DNA from: an uncultured Acidobacteriota bacterium
GTDB taxonomy: Bacteria; Acidobacteriota; UBA6911
Assembly (NCBI GenBank): GCA_964651155.1
Contig: CAZYXB010000002.1
Span: 377 to 64,376, forward strand
Direction: 5' to 3'
DNA: 64,000 nucleotides
This document shows positions 8,863 to 21,700 of this stretch, piece by piece. Positions within the stretch are counted from its first letter, which is position 1. Each line of letters begins with the position of its first letter. The notes under the pieces are model-generated. The model worked only from the letters and a program-made list of their open reading frames with translations, did not search any database and was not told where the DNA came from. The position numbers and the translations under genes were made by a program.

Positions 8863-9822
8863 TCAGGACCTGTCAATTTCGAGGGCCTGCGCCCGTTCCG
8901 CCTGGGCCAGGATCTCGAGGGCGAGCGCAAGGGCGCGGCGCCCGTCGCCTCCGGTGCATTCGACCGGCCCGATCCCTCGTACCGCCCTGAGGAAGGCGTC
9001 GAGTTCCTCGCGGAGGGGCTCCCTGTTTTCGGGAGTGAGCCTGCGGCTGACGATTTCCGGGAGCCCCCCCTCCCGAGTCTGCTCGAGGCCGGTGACGGTC
9101 ACATCCTGCCGCGTGTAGTCCAGGGATATGTACTGGTGCTTCTGAAACAGCCGCAGTTTGCGGACCTTGTCGGCCGATACCCTGCTGGCGGTGATGTTGG
9201 CGACGCATCCGTCCTCGAAAATGATGCGGGCGTTGGCGATGTCGATGCGCCCGGTCAGGATGGCTATGCCGACGGCCTGCACCCCGGCGACGCGGGACCG
9301 GACCAGGGAGCCTATGATGTCCAGGTCGTGGATCATCAGGTCCAGGACGACGTCGATGTCGAGGCTGCGCGGCGTGAACGACCCCAGGCGGTGCGACTCG
9401 AAAAAACGGGGGCGGGAGACGATTTCGCGCAGCTTCGCGACGGCGGGGTTGAAGCGTTCCAGGTGCCCCACCTGGAGGACGCGGCCGCCGGCGGCCGCAG
9501 CGCGGACCAGACGGTCGGCGTCTTCGAGCGTGTGGGCGATCGGCTTCTCGACCAGCACATGGATCCCGCGCTGCAGAAACTGCTCCCCGATGTCCGCGTG
9601 CAGGGTGGTCGGGACCGCGATGCTGACGGCATCGACCTTCCCGAACAGGCCGGCGGGATCGGTGAAGGCCTCCGCCCCCAGCGGGGCCGCGACCTCCTCG
9701 GCCCGGCCGGGGCGCACGTCGGCGACGCCCGTCAGTACGGCGCCCGGCAACGACGCGTACACCCGCGCGTGATGCCGCCCGAAGGCTCCCGCGCCGACAA
9801 CCCCGACTCTGACTCTATCCAT
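8863..9822 (-). CDS. Gfo/Idh/MocA family NAD(P)-dependent oxidoreductase
   Basis: Rossmann motif RVGVVGAGAFGRHHARVY plus the EKP..signature (HVLVEKPIAHTLEDADRLV) typical of the family. Confidence 0.75.
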   Translation of the reverse strand: MDRVRVGVVGAGAFGRHHARVYASLPGAVLTGVADVRPGRAEEVAAPLGAEAFTDPAGLFGKVDAVSIAVPTTLHADIGEQFLQRGIHVLVEKPIAHTLEDADRLVRAAAAGGRVLQVGHLERFNPAVAKLREIVSRPRFFESHRLGSFTPRSLDIDVVLDLMIHDLDIIGSLVRSRVAGVQAVGIAILTGRIDIANARIIFEDGCVANITASRVSADKVRKLRLFQKHQYISLDYTRQDVTVTGLEQTREGGLPEIVSRRLTPENREPLREELDAFLRAVRGIGPVECTGGDGRRALALALEILAQAERAQALEIDRS

Positions 9823-9889
9823 CCGATGCTCCGAGACTATGTACGACAAAGGGCCGGACGCTTTCCATTTTTTCCGCCGCCCGGGCCGG

Positions 9890-10720
9890 CTACCCGCCCA
9901 GGGGGGGGAGCGCGACGATGGCGATATCGCGCGCGTCGGCCGCGGCGACCATGGCTTCGCGGTCGAATACGATCGTCCTGGCGGCGTCGATCACCAGGGC
10001 GGTCGCCCCGGACGCGGCCATGGCCTCCACCGTCGCCAGACCCACGACCGGGATGTCGAACCGCATGTCCTGCTTCGGCTTGCTGACCTTGACGACGGTC
10101 AGCCGCCTGCCGTTGGCCAGGCGTCCCGCCCGCGCGATGACGGCATCGGTCCCTTCCATGGCCTCGACGGCGACGACGGCCCGGTCCCCCACGACGATGG
10201 TCTGGCCGATGTCCATCGACGCGATGGCGTGGGCTATCGGCCGCCCGTAGGCCACGTCGGCCTGCTCCGCCCCGGAAAATCCCCGCGCCGAGAGCGCCCC
10301 CTCCTTTGGCAGGTGGGGCCCGAGCAGCACGGTCGAATCCACCAGGGTGATCCCCGACTCCTCCAGAATCTTCGACACCCCCCCGATGAGGGAATCCGTG
10401 TTCCGGCTCTTGAGCCCGGCCAGCATGCGCATCATCGTCAGGTCGGGGATGGAGGCGCTGAAGATCTGCACGTGCCGGACCTGGCCGGCCATGATGGCCC
10501 TGCCGACGCCCTCGGCCCGGAACAGGCCGATGAGCTTGCCGAGTTCCCCGAGGCCCAGCCAGTGGACGGGATACCCCTGCCCCTCGATTTCCGGGAGCGC
10601 TTCCCCCTTGACGGCCGCGACGACGACGGGAATGCCCTGCTGCCGGGCCGAGTGAAGCACCTTGAAGGGGAACTGGCCGTTTCCGGCGATCAGGCCCAGT
10701 TTTTTGTTTCCGTCATCCAT
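9890..10720 (-). CDS. lpxI: UDP-2,3-diacylglucosamine pyrophosphatase LpxI (DUF1009 family)
   Basis: N-terminus KKLGLIAGNGQFPFKVLHSARQQGIPVVVAAVKGEA.. plus GELGKLIGLF and MAGQVRHVQIF match LpxI. Located immediately downstream of lpxA. Confidence 0.65.
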   Translation of the reverse strand: MDDGNKKLGLIAGNGQFPFKVLHSARQQGIPVVVAAVKGEALPEIEGQGYPVHWLGLGELGKLIGLFRAEGVGRAIMAGQVRHVQIFSASIPDLTMMRMLAGLKSRNTDSLIGGVSKILEESGITLVDSTVLLGPHLPKEGALSARGFSGAEQADVAYGRPIAHAIASMDIGQTIVVGDRAVVAVEAMEGTDAVIARAGRLANGRRLTVVKVSKPKQDMRFDIPVVGLATVEAMAASGATALVIDAARTIVFDREAMVAAADARDIAIVALPPLGG

Positions 10721-10749
10721 GGAGGCACCGGCCGCATGCACGAACGTCC

Positions 10750-11529
10750 CTAGCGGATGAAGCCGCGCTTGGACTGTTCCATAAACCCGATGAGGGTGTC
10801 GATTTCCGGGGCGGTCCAGCGCATGGACCGGACCTTCGCCAGGGCGTCCCCGGTGTTGAGCCCAGAGCGGAAGCAGACCCTGTAGGCCTGTTTCAGTTCG
10901 GCGATGGCCTGCGGGGGAACATTCCTGCGCTCGAGCCCCAGGGTGTTGATCCCGTATATCTTCGCCCGGTTCCTGTCCCCGACGGTCTTGACGTAGGGGA
11001 GCGCGTCGCGCGTCACGACCGAAAACCCCCCGATGAAGGCGTGGGGGCCCACCCGGCAGAACTGGTGGACGGCGCTGAAGGCGCCGACGGTGGCGTGGTC
11101 GCCGACGGTGACGTGCCCGGCAAGGGTTGCGGCATTGGCCATGATCACACCGTCGCCGACGACCGAGTCGTGGGCGACGTGGCTGTAGGCCATGAAGTAG
11201 CCCCCGCGGCCGACGACGGTGGCCCCGTTGCCCTCCCCGGTCCCGCGGTTGAGCGTGACGAACTCGCGGAACACGTTGTCGTCGCCGATGACCAGCCGCG
11301 TCTCCTCCCCCCGGTATTTCAGGTCCTGCGGGTCGGTGCCGACCGAGCTGTGGCTGTAGAACCGGCAGCGTTCCCCGATGGTTGTCCAGCCCCCGATGGT
11401 GACGTGCCCGTCCAGGACCGTGCCGCTAGCGATCGTCGTGTGCGGACCGATCGTGCAGTAGGGCCCGACGGTGGCGCTGGGGGAGATGTGGCAGGACGTG
11501 TCTATGATGGCCGTAGGGTGTATGGGCAT
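10750..11529 (-). CDS. lpxA: Acyl-ACP--UDP-N-acetylglucosamine O-acyltransferase LpxA
   Basis: MPIHPTAIIDTSCHISPSATVGPYCTIG.. left-handed hexapeptide repeats, then the C-terminal LpxA helical domain (..GINTLGLERRNVPPQAIAELKQAYRV). Start placed at the internal Met; the upstream extension is a GC artefact. Confidence 0.85.
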   Translation of the reverse strand: MPIHPTAIIDTSCHISPSATVGPYCTIGPHTTIASGTVLDGHVTIGGWTTIGERCRFYSHSSVGTDPQDLKYRGEETRLVIGDDNVFREFVTLNRGTGEGNGATVVGRGGYFMAYSHVAHDSVVGDGVIMANAATLAGHVTVGDHATVGAFSAVHQFCRVGPHAFIGGFSVVTRDALPYVKTVGDRNRAKIYGINTLGLERRNVPPQAIAELKQAYRVCFRSGLNTGDALAKVRSMRWTAPEIDTLIGFMEQSKRGFIR

Positions 11530-11608
11530 GGCACTAGAAATCCGGTGAATGTTGCACGTCGCGGTACCGGGGGAACGTCCGTCCCGCCCCGCTGGGCGGG
11601 ACGCCGCG

Positions 11609-12061
11609 TCAACTCCGGGGCACCAGGGAGCATGCGAGCACGGCATCGACCGCCAGGCGGCCCTCCACCGTCGCCCGCCCCCGCATTTTGTAGTACCGCC
11701 CCCTGGTTTTCAGTACCCGTACGTCGATGCGGAGCTGGTCCCCGGGAACAACGGGGTGACGGAACCGGCACTTGTCGATTCCCGAGAAGTAGACCAGCCG
11801 GGAACCGCGCTCCGGGTCGCCGCTGAGCAGCAGGATGACTCCCACCTGCGCCAGAGCCTCGACGAGCAGCACTCCGGGCATCACCGGGTGGTCGGGGAAA
11901 TGCCCCTGGAAAAAGGGCTCGTTGATGGTGACGTTCTTGAGCCCTGTCATGTAGCTGGTGCCGTCGGTTTCGAGGATCCGGTCGACGAGCAGAAACGGGA
12001 ACCGCTGGGGCAGTATCCGGATGATGTCGTCGATGGCCTTGATCGAAATGCCGCTCGCCAT
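11609..12061 (-). CDS. fabZ: 3-hydroxyacyl-ACP dehydratase FabZ
   Basis: IDDIIRILPQRFPFLLVDRILE..NEPFFQGHFPDHPVMPGVLLVEALAQ is the hotdog FabZ signature. Confidence 0.85.
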   Translation of the reverse strand: MASGISIKAIDDIIRILPQRFPFLLVDRILETDGTSYMTGLKNVTINEPFFQGHFPDHPVMPGVLLVEALAQVGVILLLSGDPERGSRLVYFSGIDKCRFRHPVVPGDQLRIDVRVLKTRGRYYKMRGRATVEGRLAVDAVLACSLVPRS

Positions 12062-12133
12062 AGTGATCCAGCCGCTCGGGGATGCGCCCGGGCTCCGCAC
12101 CGGCGGGCCGGCCGCCGCGATGCCCCCCGGGAT

Positions 12134-12691
12134 TTACGGTTTGGCCGCCGGCGGCGCGGGAGCCTTCGCCTGCTCGACGGGGTGGGTGGTGTTGTAGATC
12201 TTCACCATCTCGTCGGTGATGTCGACCGCGGGGGCGATCCACGCGTCGCGCTGCCCGTTGAAAACGAGCACCGCGTCGAGCCCTTTTTCCCTGGCCACCT
12301 TGTCGATCACGGTCTCGAGCTTCTTGAGGATGCCGCTGGTGGCGCGGTCGCGCCTGTTGTCGATTTCCCTCTGCGTGTCCTGCTGAAAGCGCTGGAGGTC
12401 CGTCTCCTTGACGCTGATCTGGTATTGCAGGTCCGCGCGCGCTTCGTCGGTCAGTTTCGAGCCCTGGACGCTCAGCTGGTTCTTGAGGCTGTCGAATTCG
12501 CTCCGCATGGAGGCCATTTCCGCGGTCTTGTCGTCGACGAACTTCTGGATCACCGCGAACTCCTTCTTCCCCTCGTCCGTGCTGAGGATGGCTGATTCCA
12601 CGTTCAGCCAGACAATTTTACCCGTCTGCCCCAAACACGCCGCCGGCGCCCAGAGGGCCACGAGCAGCACGCATGATAGTAGTCGCACCAT
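12134..12691 (-). CDS. skp: Periplasmic chaperone Skp/OmpH
   Basis: Signal peptide, then a coiled-coil-rich sequence (..KIVWLNVESAIL..FQQDTQREIDNRR..) typical of OmpH/Skp. Sits between bamA and fabZ. Confidence 0.7.
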   Translation of the reverse strand: MVRLLSCVLLVALWAPAACLGQTGKIVWLNVESAILSTDEGKKEFAVIQKFVDDKTAEMASMRSEFDSLKNQLSVQGSKLTDEARADLQYQISVKETDLQRFQQDTQREIDNRRDRATSGILKKLETVIDKVAREKGLDAVLVFNGQRDAWIAPAVDITDEMVKIYNTTHPVEQAKAPAPPAAKP

Positions 12692-12880
12692 TGAGTCTGT
12701 TCTCCTTTGCAATCAGGCGGGAAGCCTGCCGTAGGCTGGGTTGTCCGTCCTGAATATTGATCCGTCTGCCCCTCGGCAGGGTACGGGATGCCTGAAACTT
12801 GAAAATGTACTACAGTTCCCCCTCGGGGCAAAGAGGAATCCGCCTTTGGCCCGAACTTCCGCACGGCGTCTTCGGGCGGG

Positions 12881-15442
12881 CTAGAAACTGCGGCCGATTG
12901 TGAACTTGATGTCGCTCGCGGCCTCGGAAAACCTCAGGGGCGTGTTCCCGACGGTGATGGTCTTGTCCAGCCGCTGGGGGTTGCGGGCGAAGATCAGCCG
13001 GAACGGCGTGTTGACGACCGGGAGCGTGAACTGGATTTCCACGCCCACGGACCCGCGGATCTTGTTGTTGATCTCGTCGATGACCTCGACGGTGGACGCG
13101 CCGAAGTTACCCAGGGACTCCTTGCGCGTGATCCGCACAACGCCCATATCGTAGAACAGTGCCATCGCAAGCGGCCCCGCGATCGGGATGCGGTACTCGA
13201 AGTTGAGCAGCCCCATGGTGTCGCCGCCGACCGGCGAGAGGTTGGGCTTGGACATGGCCAGCCCCGTGTTGGGGTCGATCAGGGGGTTGCCGCTCTGGTC
13301 GTACAGCGGGGTGTTGACGATGACGTAGGGCATGATCGAGCGGATGTCGAAGCCGCGGATCTGGTTTTCCCCCCCCATGTAGAAGCGCTCGTAGAACGGG
13401 ACGCTCGAGTCGTTGTAGGCCTGGACGTACTGGCCGATGAGCTGGAGCCCGAACACGTTGTGGCCGTGGCTGAGCCACCTGTCCGGGAAGAAATGCCGCA
13501 GCTGGACCGTCGGCTGGATCATGTTGTAGTCCCCGCCGAATACGCTTCCGGATATCCCGACGGACAGTTGCAGGCTGGTGCCCTTGGACGGGCTGAAGTA
13601 GTGGTTGGTCGAGTTGTAGCTCGCCGAGGGGGTGAATTCGCTGCGGAGGATGCCGTCGTAGCTGGTCGAGCCGGCGATCTGCGAAACGAGGTTGTTGCCG
13701 AGGGATTCGTCGATGTCGGTGATCTGGATGCTTTGGAAGGAGTAGCCGAATCCGCCCGACCACAGCGACCGGCCGATGCGGCGCCTGAGCGACAGCTGGG
13801 TCCCGGTCGAGTGCCGGGTGTAGAGTTCGAACGGCTCCCCGGTCAGGTAGTCGGTGATCCCGTAGGTGTTGTAGGTGTCGTAGCGCTGCCGGCGCTTGAA
13901 GACCTGCAGGCCCATGTTCCAGGGGGAGTCGAGCAGATAGGGCTCGGTGAAGGCCACGGAGTAGTAGGTGGTCCGCGTTCCCCCCTGCAGGCTGAAGTCC
14001 AGGCTTTCGCCCCGGCCCATGAAGTTGTTGGTGGAGTAGTTCAGGCCGATGTAGCTGCCCGAGATCCCGCTGACGCCCGCCGTGAAGCCTATGGACTGCT
14101 GGCTTTTTTCCTTCACCTTGACGTTGATGTTCACCAGGCTGGTTTGTTCGTCCGGGAGCACCTCGTAGTCTTCCTCTTTGATCTCCTCGAACAGCCCCAG
14201 CTGGTTGAGCCGCAGGATCGACTGCTCCATCGCCGTGCTGCCGAAGATGCGGCCTTCCTGGATGAGGAATTCCCGCCGCAGGACCTTGTCGCGCGTCTTG
14301 GAGTTGCCCTCGAAGTCGATCCGGTCGACGTAGAACTGGTTCCCGATGTCGAAATCGAAGGAGATGGAGTAGAGCTTGTTGGCCCGGTCGAGGTTCTCCG
14401 TGGGGATGTAGGACCAGTTGAGGAACCCCAGGTTCGAGTAGAGCTTCTTGGTGTATTCGAGGGCGTCCCTGATCCTGGTGAAGTTGACGATGTCCCCGCG
14501 CTTCATCCCGAAGGCGCCGACCAGGTTCTCGCAGTTGAGCGGCTCGCAATTCTTGAATTCGAGTTTCTCAATGAGGTACTGCTCCCCGGCGTCGACCGGA
14601 ATTTCGATGGCGAACTGCCGTTTGGATTTCCGCAGCAGCGGCAGCATCCCGCGGGGGCCCTCGAAGATCCGGATCTGGGGTGCGCCCACCTGGATGTCCA
14701 TGTACCCGTGCTCCTTGTAGAAGGCCTCCAGGTTCATGGCGATGTCCATCTCGAGCTTTTCGGGGTGGTACTTGTCCGTCCCCTTGAACATGGTCCGGAG
14801 CCCGTGCTCCTTGGTGAGCTCCAGGGCGTTTCGAAGCGTGTCGTCGCCGAAGATCTTGTTGCCGGTGAAGCGTATCTGCCCGATCTGAACGGTCGGCCCC
14901 TCGTCGATGACGAAGCGGACCCGGATGCTCGTCGGGTCGATGTCCTCTATCTGGCTGCGCACCGTCCCCAGGGGCTTGCCCCCCTGCGCCAGCATGCTTT
15001 TCAGGATCTGCTCCGCGGTCTTGATCTTCGAGGGCTCGTACCGGCTGTCGACGGAGAGGCCCACCTTGTTTTCCTTGAACGTGTCCAGGATGTCGGACTC
15101 GGAGAAGGCGCTGTTGCCGGTGAATTCGAGGGCGCGGATCAGCGGTTTGTCCTTGAGGACGAAGGTGATGATTTTCCCGATATCGCCGTCCCGCTCCTGG
15201 ATCTGGATGTCGTCGAACATGTTGGATTTCCACAGCGCCCTGAGGTCGAACTGCAGCTGCTCTTCGCTGTAGGGGGATCCCGGGGAGGTGTTGATGTAGA
15301 ACCGGATCCTCTCTTCGCCCATGCGGCTGCCCCGGATGTCGATTCTCTCGATCAGGGCCGCCTGGGGCTCCTGTGCCGGCATCGCGGCCCCGGACAGAAG
15401 GAATGCGAGAAGGCACCCCCCGATAATTGCTGATTTGGCCAT
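12881..15442 (-). CDS. bamA: Outer membrane protein assembly factor BamA (POTRA domains + Omp85 barrel)
   Basis: Signal peptide; multiple POTRA-like segments (IERIDIRGSR.., IRALEFTGNSAF.., IGQIRFTGNKIF.., IDRIDFEGNSKTRDKVLRREF). C-terminal beta-barrel ending ..KFTIGRSF. Confidence 0.9.
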   Translation of the reverse strand: MAKSAIIGGCLLAFLLSGAAMPAQEPQAALIERIDIRGSRMGEERIRFYINTSPGSPYSEEQLQFDLRALWKSNMFDDIQIQERDGDIGKIITFVLKDKPLIRALEFTGNSAFSESDILDTFKENKVGLSVDSRYEPSKIKTAEQILKSMLAQGGKPLGTVRSQIEDIDPTSIRVRFVIDEGPTVQIGQIRFTGNKIFGDDTLRNALELTKEHGLRTMFKGTDKYHPEKLEMDIAMNLEAFYKEHGYMDIQVGAPQIRIFEGPRGMLPLLRKSKRQFAIEIPVDAGEQYLIEKLEFKNCEPLNCENLVGAFGMKRGDIVNFTRIRDALEYTKKLYSNLGFLNWSYIPTENLDRANKLYSISFDFDIGNQFYVDRIDFEGNSKTRDKVLRREFLIQEGRIFGSTAMEQSILRLNQLGLFEEIKEEDYEVLPDEQTSLVNINVKVKEKSQQSIGFTAGVSGISGSYIGLNYSTNNFMGRGESLDFSLQGGTRTTYYSVAFTEPYLLDSPWNMGLQVFKRRQRYDTYNTYGITDYLTGEPFELYTRHSTGTQLSLRRRIGRSLWSGGFGYSFQSIQITDIDESLGNNLVSQIAGSTSYDGILRSEFTPSASYNSTNHYFSPSKGTSLQLSVGISGSVFGGDYNMIQPTVQLRHFFPDRWLSHGHNVFGLQLIGQYVQAYNDSSVPFYERFYMGGENQIRGFDIRSIMPYVIVNTPLYDQSGNPLIDPNTGLAMSKPNLSPVGGDTMGLLNFEYRIPIAGPLAMALFYDMGVVRITRKESLGNFGASTVEVIDEINNKIRGSVGVEIQFTLPVVNTPFRLIFARNPQRLDKTITVGNTPLRFSEAASDIKFTIGRSF

Positions 15443-15592
15443 GCATCCTCCAGGCGGTCGTTATCGATGAAACCTCTATATTAGATAAAAGAGGGCGCGA
15501 AATCCAGCGGGAGTCCCGGATATCTCGCCGGGGACCGTCACGACGGCTCCGTCTCTGCCCTTGTAAGACTCCGGCACGCGCATTTGGTTCGA

Positions 15593-18112
<2,520 letters not shown>

Positions 18113-18189
18113 ACGCTCGCGCCCTTGTCGTGTGTCTTCATTATACGGATAGACCGGAAAGGGTGTAAAGACAGAAAAGCGGCGGCGGG

Positions 18190-18867
18190 CTACTCTAGGA
18201 CCAGGATCCCGTTTTCGAGGCGGTAGGTTCTCGTGCACATCCGCGCCAGCTTTTCATTGTGGGTGACCAGCAGGGAGGTCAGGGAGCGCCGGGTGTGCAT
18301 CGACCGGAAAAGGGATCCGATGGCCTGCCCGGTGTGCGGATCCAGGTTCCCGGTGGGCTCGTCGGCCAGCAGCAGGTCCGGGCCCCCGACCAGGGCCCTG
18401 GCCAGGGCGACCCGCTGCTGTTCCCCCCCGGACAGTTCCCCGGGGCGGTGGTGCGCCCGGGGCTCGAGGCCGACGTCGTCGAGGATGGCCGCGGCCGCGG
18501 CCGCGGCCGCCTGCCTGCCCTGGCCCCGGAGCAGCAGCGGCATCATCGTGTTCTCCAGCGCCGTGAACTCCGGGAGCAGGTGATGGAACTGGAAGACGAA
18601 CCCAATGGTGCGGTTGCGGAAGTCGGCCATCTCCAGCGGGTGCAGGCCCGCGATCTCCCGCCCCGCTATCCTCAGGGAGCCCCCGTCGGGGCGGTCCATC
18701 CCCCCCAGAAGGTGCAGCAGCGTGCTTTTCCCGGAGCCGGACGCCCCGGTCACGGCGATCATCTCCCCCCTGTCGACGGTCAGGCAGAGCCCGGAGAGGA
18801 CCTCCAGCCTCTGGTTGCCGGAGCGGTAGCCCTTCGACAGGCCCTCGACCTCGACCAGTCTACTCAT
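18190..18867 (-). CDS. lolD: Lipoprotein-releasing system ATP-binding protein LolD
   Basis: ABC ATPase with Walker A GASGSGKST, LSGGEQQRVALARAL signature and Walker B LLLADEPTGNLD. LolD-like length and context with an FtsX-type permease upstream. Confidence 0.8.
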   Translation of the reverse strand: MSRLVEVEGLSKGYRSGNQRLEVLSGLCLTVDRGEMIAVTGASGSGKSTLLHLLGGMDRPDGGSLRIAGREIAGLHPLEMADFRNRTIGFVFQFHHLLPEFTALENTMMPLLLRGQGRQAAAAAAAAILDDVGLEPRAHHRPGELSGGEQQRVALARALVGGPDLLLADEPTGNLDPHTGQAIGSLFRSMHTRRSLTSLLVTHNEKLARMCTRTYRLENGILVLE

Positions 18868-20140
18868 AGCGCAAAACCTCTACGGGGTCGAGCCCGGCCG
18901 CCCGCCGGGACGGGTACAGCGTGGCCAGGTAGCTGATCAGGACCGCGGTCGCCGACACCAGCAGAACGTCTGAGGCCTCGACGTGGAAGGGGACGTAGGG
19001 GATGCTGTAGATCTCCGGCTGCAGGCGGATGAGCCGGTAGTGGTCGAGCAGCCAGCTCGCGCCCACCCCGAGCAGGCCGCCCAGGATCGTTCCGAAAACC
19101 CCGATGAGGAGCCCCTGCAGCATGAACACCTTCTGGATGGTCCCGGGCCGCGCCCCCATGGCGGCCAGGATCGAGATGTCCCCCTGCTTGTCCATCACCA
19201 TCATGATGAGGGAGGTGACGATGTTGAGCGACGCGACCAGGACGATCAGCCCGATGGTCAGAAACAGCACGATTTTCTCCAGCTTCAGGGCCGAGAAGAG
19301 CGCCTTGTTGCTGTCGATCCAGGTCGTCGTGAAATACCCGGTGCCCGCCCGCGCCCGGATATGGTCGGCGATCTCTTCGACCCGGTCGAGGTCGCCGGTT
19401 TGAAACTGCAGGACAAGGGCGGACCCTTCGGGCAGGTTGAACAGGCGGCGGGCGGTCTCGATGTGCACGTAGGCCCAGTTCGCATCGATGTCGTACAGGC
19501 CCGTTTCGAAGACGGCGCCCACGCGCAGCTGCATCGTTCTCATCGACAGGCTCATCCCGACCGGGGTCAGCTTTTCGACAGGCACCATGACCTTGAGCTG
19601 GTCGCCGGGGGAGGCGCCGAGAGCCCGCGCCATCTGTCTCCCTATCAGGATGTCGGCAGCGGCGGACCGGCCGCCGAAGGCGTCGGACCAGCCGCCGGGG
19701 GCGTCGACGGCGTCGAGGGCGTCCGGGTCCCCGGAAACGATGTGCGAGAAGAAATCGGAGATCTCCTTCTCCCGGGAGGGGAGCACTCCCTTGATCATGG
19801 CGCGCTGGTTTTCGTTGCCGCAGACCAGCAGGGCGGGGTTGGTCCCGAAGATGGCCGGGGCGCTTCCGGTCACGCGAGGGAGCGGGCCGATGGCCTCGAG
19901 CAGCCGGTCGAAGCCCTCGAGCGGGGAGCCGTCGATGCGCATCAGGTTGATGGCCGAGGTCGTGCCGAGTATCTTGGCCTGGATGTCCTCCTTGAAGCCC
20001 GTCGAGAGGGCCAGCGCGATGATGAGGGCCATGACCCCGGCCGCGATCCCCAGCACGGAAATCGCCGAGATGACCGACACCATCGTCTGCTTGCGTTTCG
20101 CCCGGAGATATCGGAGGGCCAGGAAGATCTCGAATCGCAT
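18860..20140 (-). CDS. LolC/LolE-family lipoprotein-releasing system permease (FtsX domain)
   Basis: MRFEIFLALRYLRAKRKQTMVSVISAISVLGIAAGVMALIIALALSTGF is the canonical LolC/E N-terminus. C-terminal FtsX TM bundle. Overlaps lolD by 8 nt. Confidence 0.8.
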   Translation of the reverse strand: MRFEIFLALRYLRAKRKQTMVSVISAISVLGIAAGVMALIIALALSTGFKEDIQAKILGTTSAINLMRIDGSPLEGFDRLLEAIGPLPRVTGSAPAIFGTNPALLVCGNENQRAMIKGVLPSREKEISDFFSHIVSGDPDALDAVDAPGGWSDAFGGRSAAADILIGRQMARALGASPGDQLKVMVPVEKLTPVGMSLSMRTMQLRVGAVFETGLYDIDANWAYVHIETARRLFNLPEGSALVLQFQTGDLDRVEEIADHIRARAGTGYFTTTWIDSNKALFSALKLEKIVLFLTIGLIVLVASLNIVTSLIMMVMDKQGDISILAAMGARPGTIQKVFMLQGLLIGVFGTILGGLLGVGASWLLDHYRLIRLQPEIYSIPYVPFHVEASDVLLVSATAVLISYLATLYPSRRAAGLDPVEVLRYE

Positions 20141-20206
20141 GACAGGTCCGGAAAATGTGCGTGGGACATGCCGGTCCGGCCGCGGCGCCGCGGCCGGACC
20201 GGGAAC

Positions 20207-21700
20207 TCATTGTTCGGGCCGCAGCATCGGGAACAGGATGACGTCCCGGATCGAGGCCGAGTCGGTCAGCACCATGGCCAGCCGGTCGATGCCGATGCCT
20301 TCCCCGGCCGTCGGCGGCATGCCGTAGCAGAGCGAGCGGATGTAATCCTCGTCCATGGCGTGCGCCTCCTCGTCCCCCCGGTTGCGGGCGGCCAGCTGGG
20401 CTTCGAAATTGGCCCTCTGCTCCTCCGGGTCGTTCAGCTCCGAGTAGGCGTTGGCGATCTCCATGCCGGCGATGTAGAGCTCGAACCTCTCCGCCGTCCG
20501 GGGGTCGCCGGCCTTGGTTTTCGAAAGCGGCGACGTCTCGGCCGGGTAGTCGTAGACGATCGTCGGCTGGATCAGCTTCTCCTCGGCGACGGTTTCGAAC
20601 AGGGAGGCGCACAGTCTGCCCGGTACGTCGTCGGGCGCGTGCGGGGCCCCGGCGGCCTCGGCCAGCGATGCGAGCGCCCCGGGGTCGTCCAGGGCCTCCT
20701 CGGAGGGCCTGGTTTTGTCCTCGGGCCAGAACCGCACGATCGCCTCCTTCATCGTCAGGCGCTGCCAGCGGCCGAAATCGAGGACGTGGCCCTGGTAGGG
20801 CACCTGCCGGCTCCCGGTGACCGCTTCGGCCACCTGCGTGAGCATGGCTTCGGAAAGGTCCATGAGGTCGGTGTAGTCGCTGTAGGCCTGGTAGAACTCC
20901 AGCATGGTGAACTCGGGGTTGTGGTGCGTGGAGATCCCCTCGTTCCGGAAGATCCTGCCGAGTTCGTAGACCCTGGGGATGCCGCCGACGACGAGGCGTT
21001 TCAGGTACAGCTCCAGGGCGATCCGCAGGTACATGTCGATGTCCAGGGCGTTGTGGTGCGTCCGGAACGGCCGCGCCAGCGCGCCCCCGGCGACGGTCTG
21101 CAGCACGGGGGTCTCCACCTCGAGATACCCGCGGGCATCGAGGAAGCCGCGGATCTCCCGGACGATCCGGGAGCGCTTGACGAAGACGGAGCGGACCTCC
21201 GGGTTGACGATCAGGTCGACGTAGCGGCGCCGGAGCCGCGTTTCGACGTCGGTCAGGCCGTGCCATTTCTCCGGCAGGGGGATCAGGTTCTTCGACAGGT
21301 GGAACACGCGCCCGGCCGCGACGGTCAGCTCGCCGGTGCGCGTGCGGAACAAGGGCCCTTCCGCGCCGATGATGTCGCCGATGTCGAAGAGGCGGAACAG
21401 CCCGAAATTCTCCGGCCCGACCGTATCGGCCCGGACATAGAGCTGCAGGCGCGCGCCGCCGTCGGACAGGTCGACAAAGCCCGCCTTCCCCTGAGGCCGC
21501 ATCGACAGGATGCGGCCGCACACCCGCACCGGCTCCCGCCTCTGCTTGAGCTCCTCCTCGCCGGAGCCGCCGAAGGCGGCCCGGAGCTGCTCGAGGGTGT
21601 GCGAATACTCGAACCTGCGGGGGTAGGGGTCCTGTCCCAGGCGCCGCAGTTCGGCCAGCTTGAAACGGCGCTGCTGCTCCAGATTAGTCGGATCTTCCAT
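20207..21700 (-). CDS. lysS: Lysine--tRNA ligase (class II)
   Basis: N-terminal OB anticodon-binding domain (..[32 protein letters not shown]) and class II motifs (..[23 protein letters not shown].., ..[20 protein letters not shown]). Confidence 0.9.
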   Translation of the reverse strand: MEDPTNLEQQRRFKLAELRRLGQDPYPRRFEYSHTLEQLRAAFGGSGEEELKQRREPVRVCGRILSMRPQGKAGFVDLSDGGARLQLYVRADTVGPENFGLFRLFDIGDIIGAEGPLFRTRTGELTVAAGRVFHLSKNLIPLPEKWHGLTDVETRLRRRYVDLIVNPEVRSVFVKRSRIVREIRGFLDARGYLEVETPVLQTVAGGALARPFRTHHNALDIDMYLRIALELYLKRLVVGGIPRVYELGRIFRNEGISTHHNPEFTMLEFYQAYSDYTDLMDLSEAMLTQVAEAVTGSRQVPYQGHVLDFGRWQRLTMKEAIVRFWPEDKTRPSEEALDDPGALASLAEAAGAPHAPDDVPGRLCASLFETVAEEKLIQPTIVYDYPAETSPLSKTKAGDPRTAERFELYIAGMEIANAYSELNDPEEQRANFEAQLAARNRGDEEAHAMDEDYIRSLCYGMPPTAGEGIGIDRLAMVLTDSASIRDVILFPMLRPEQ

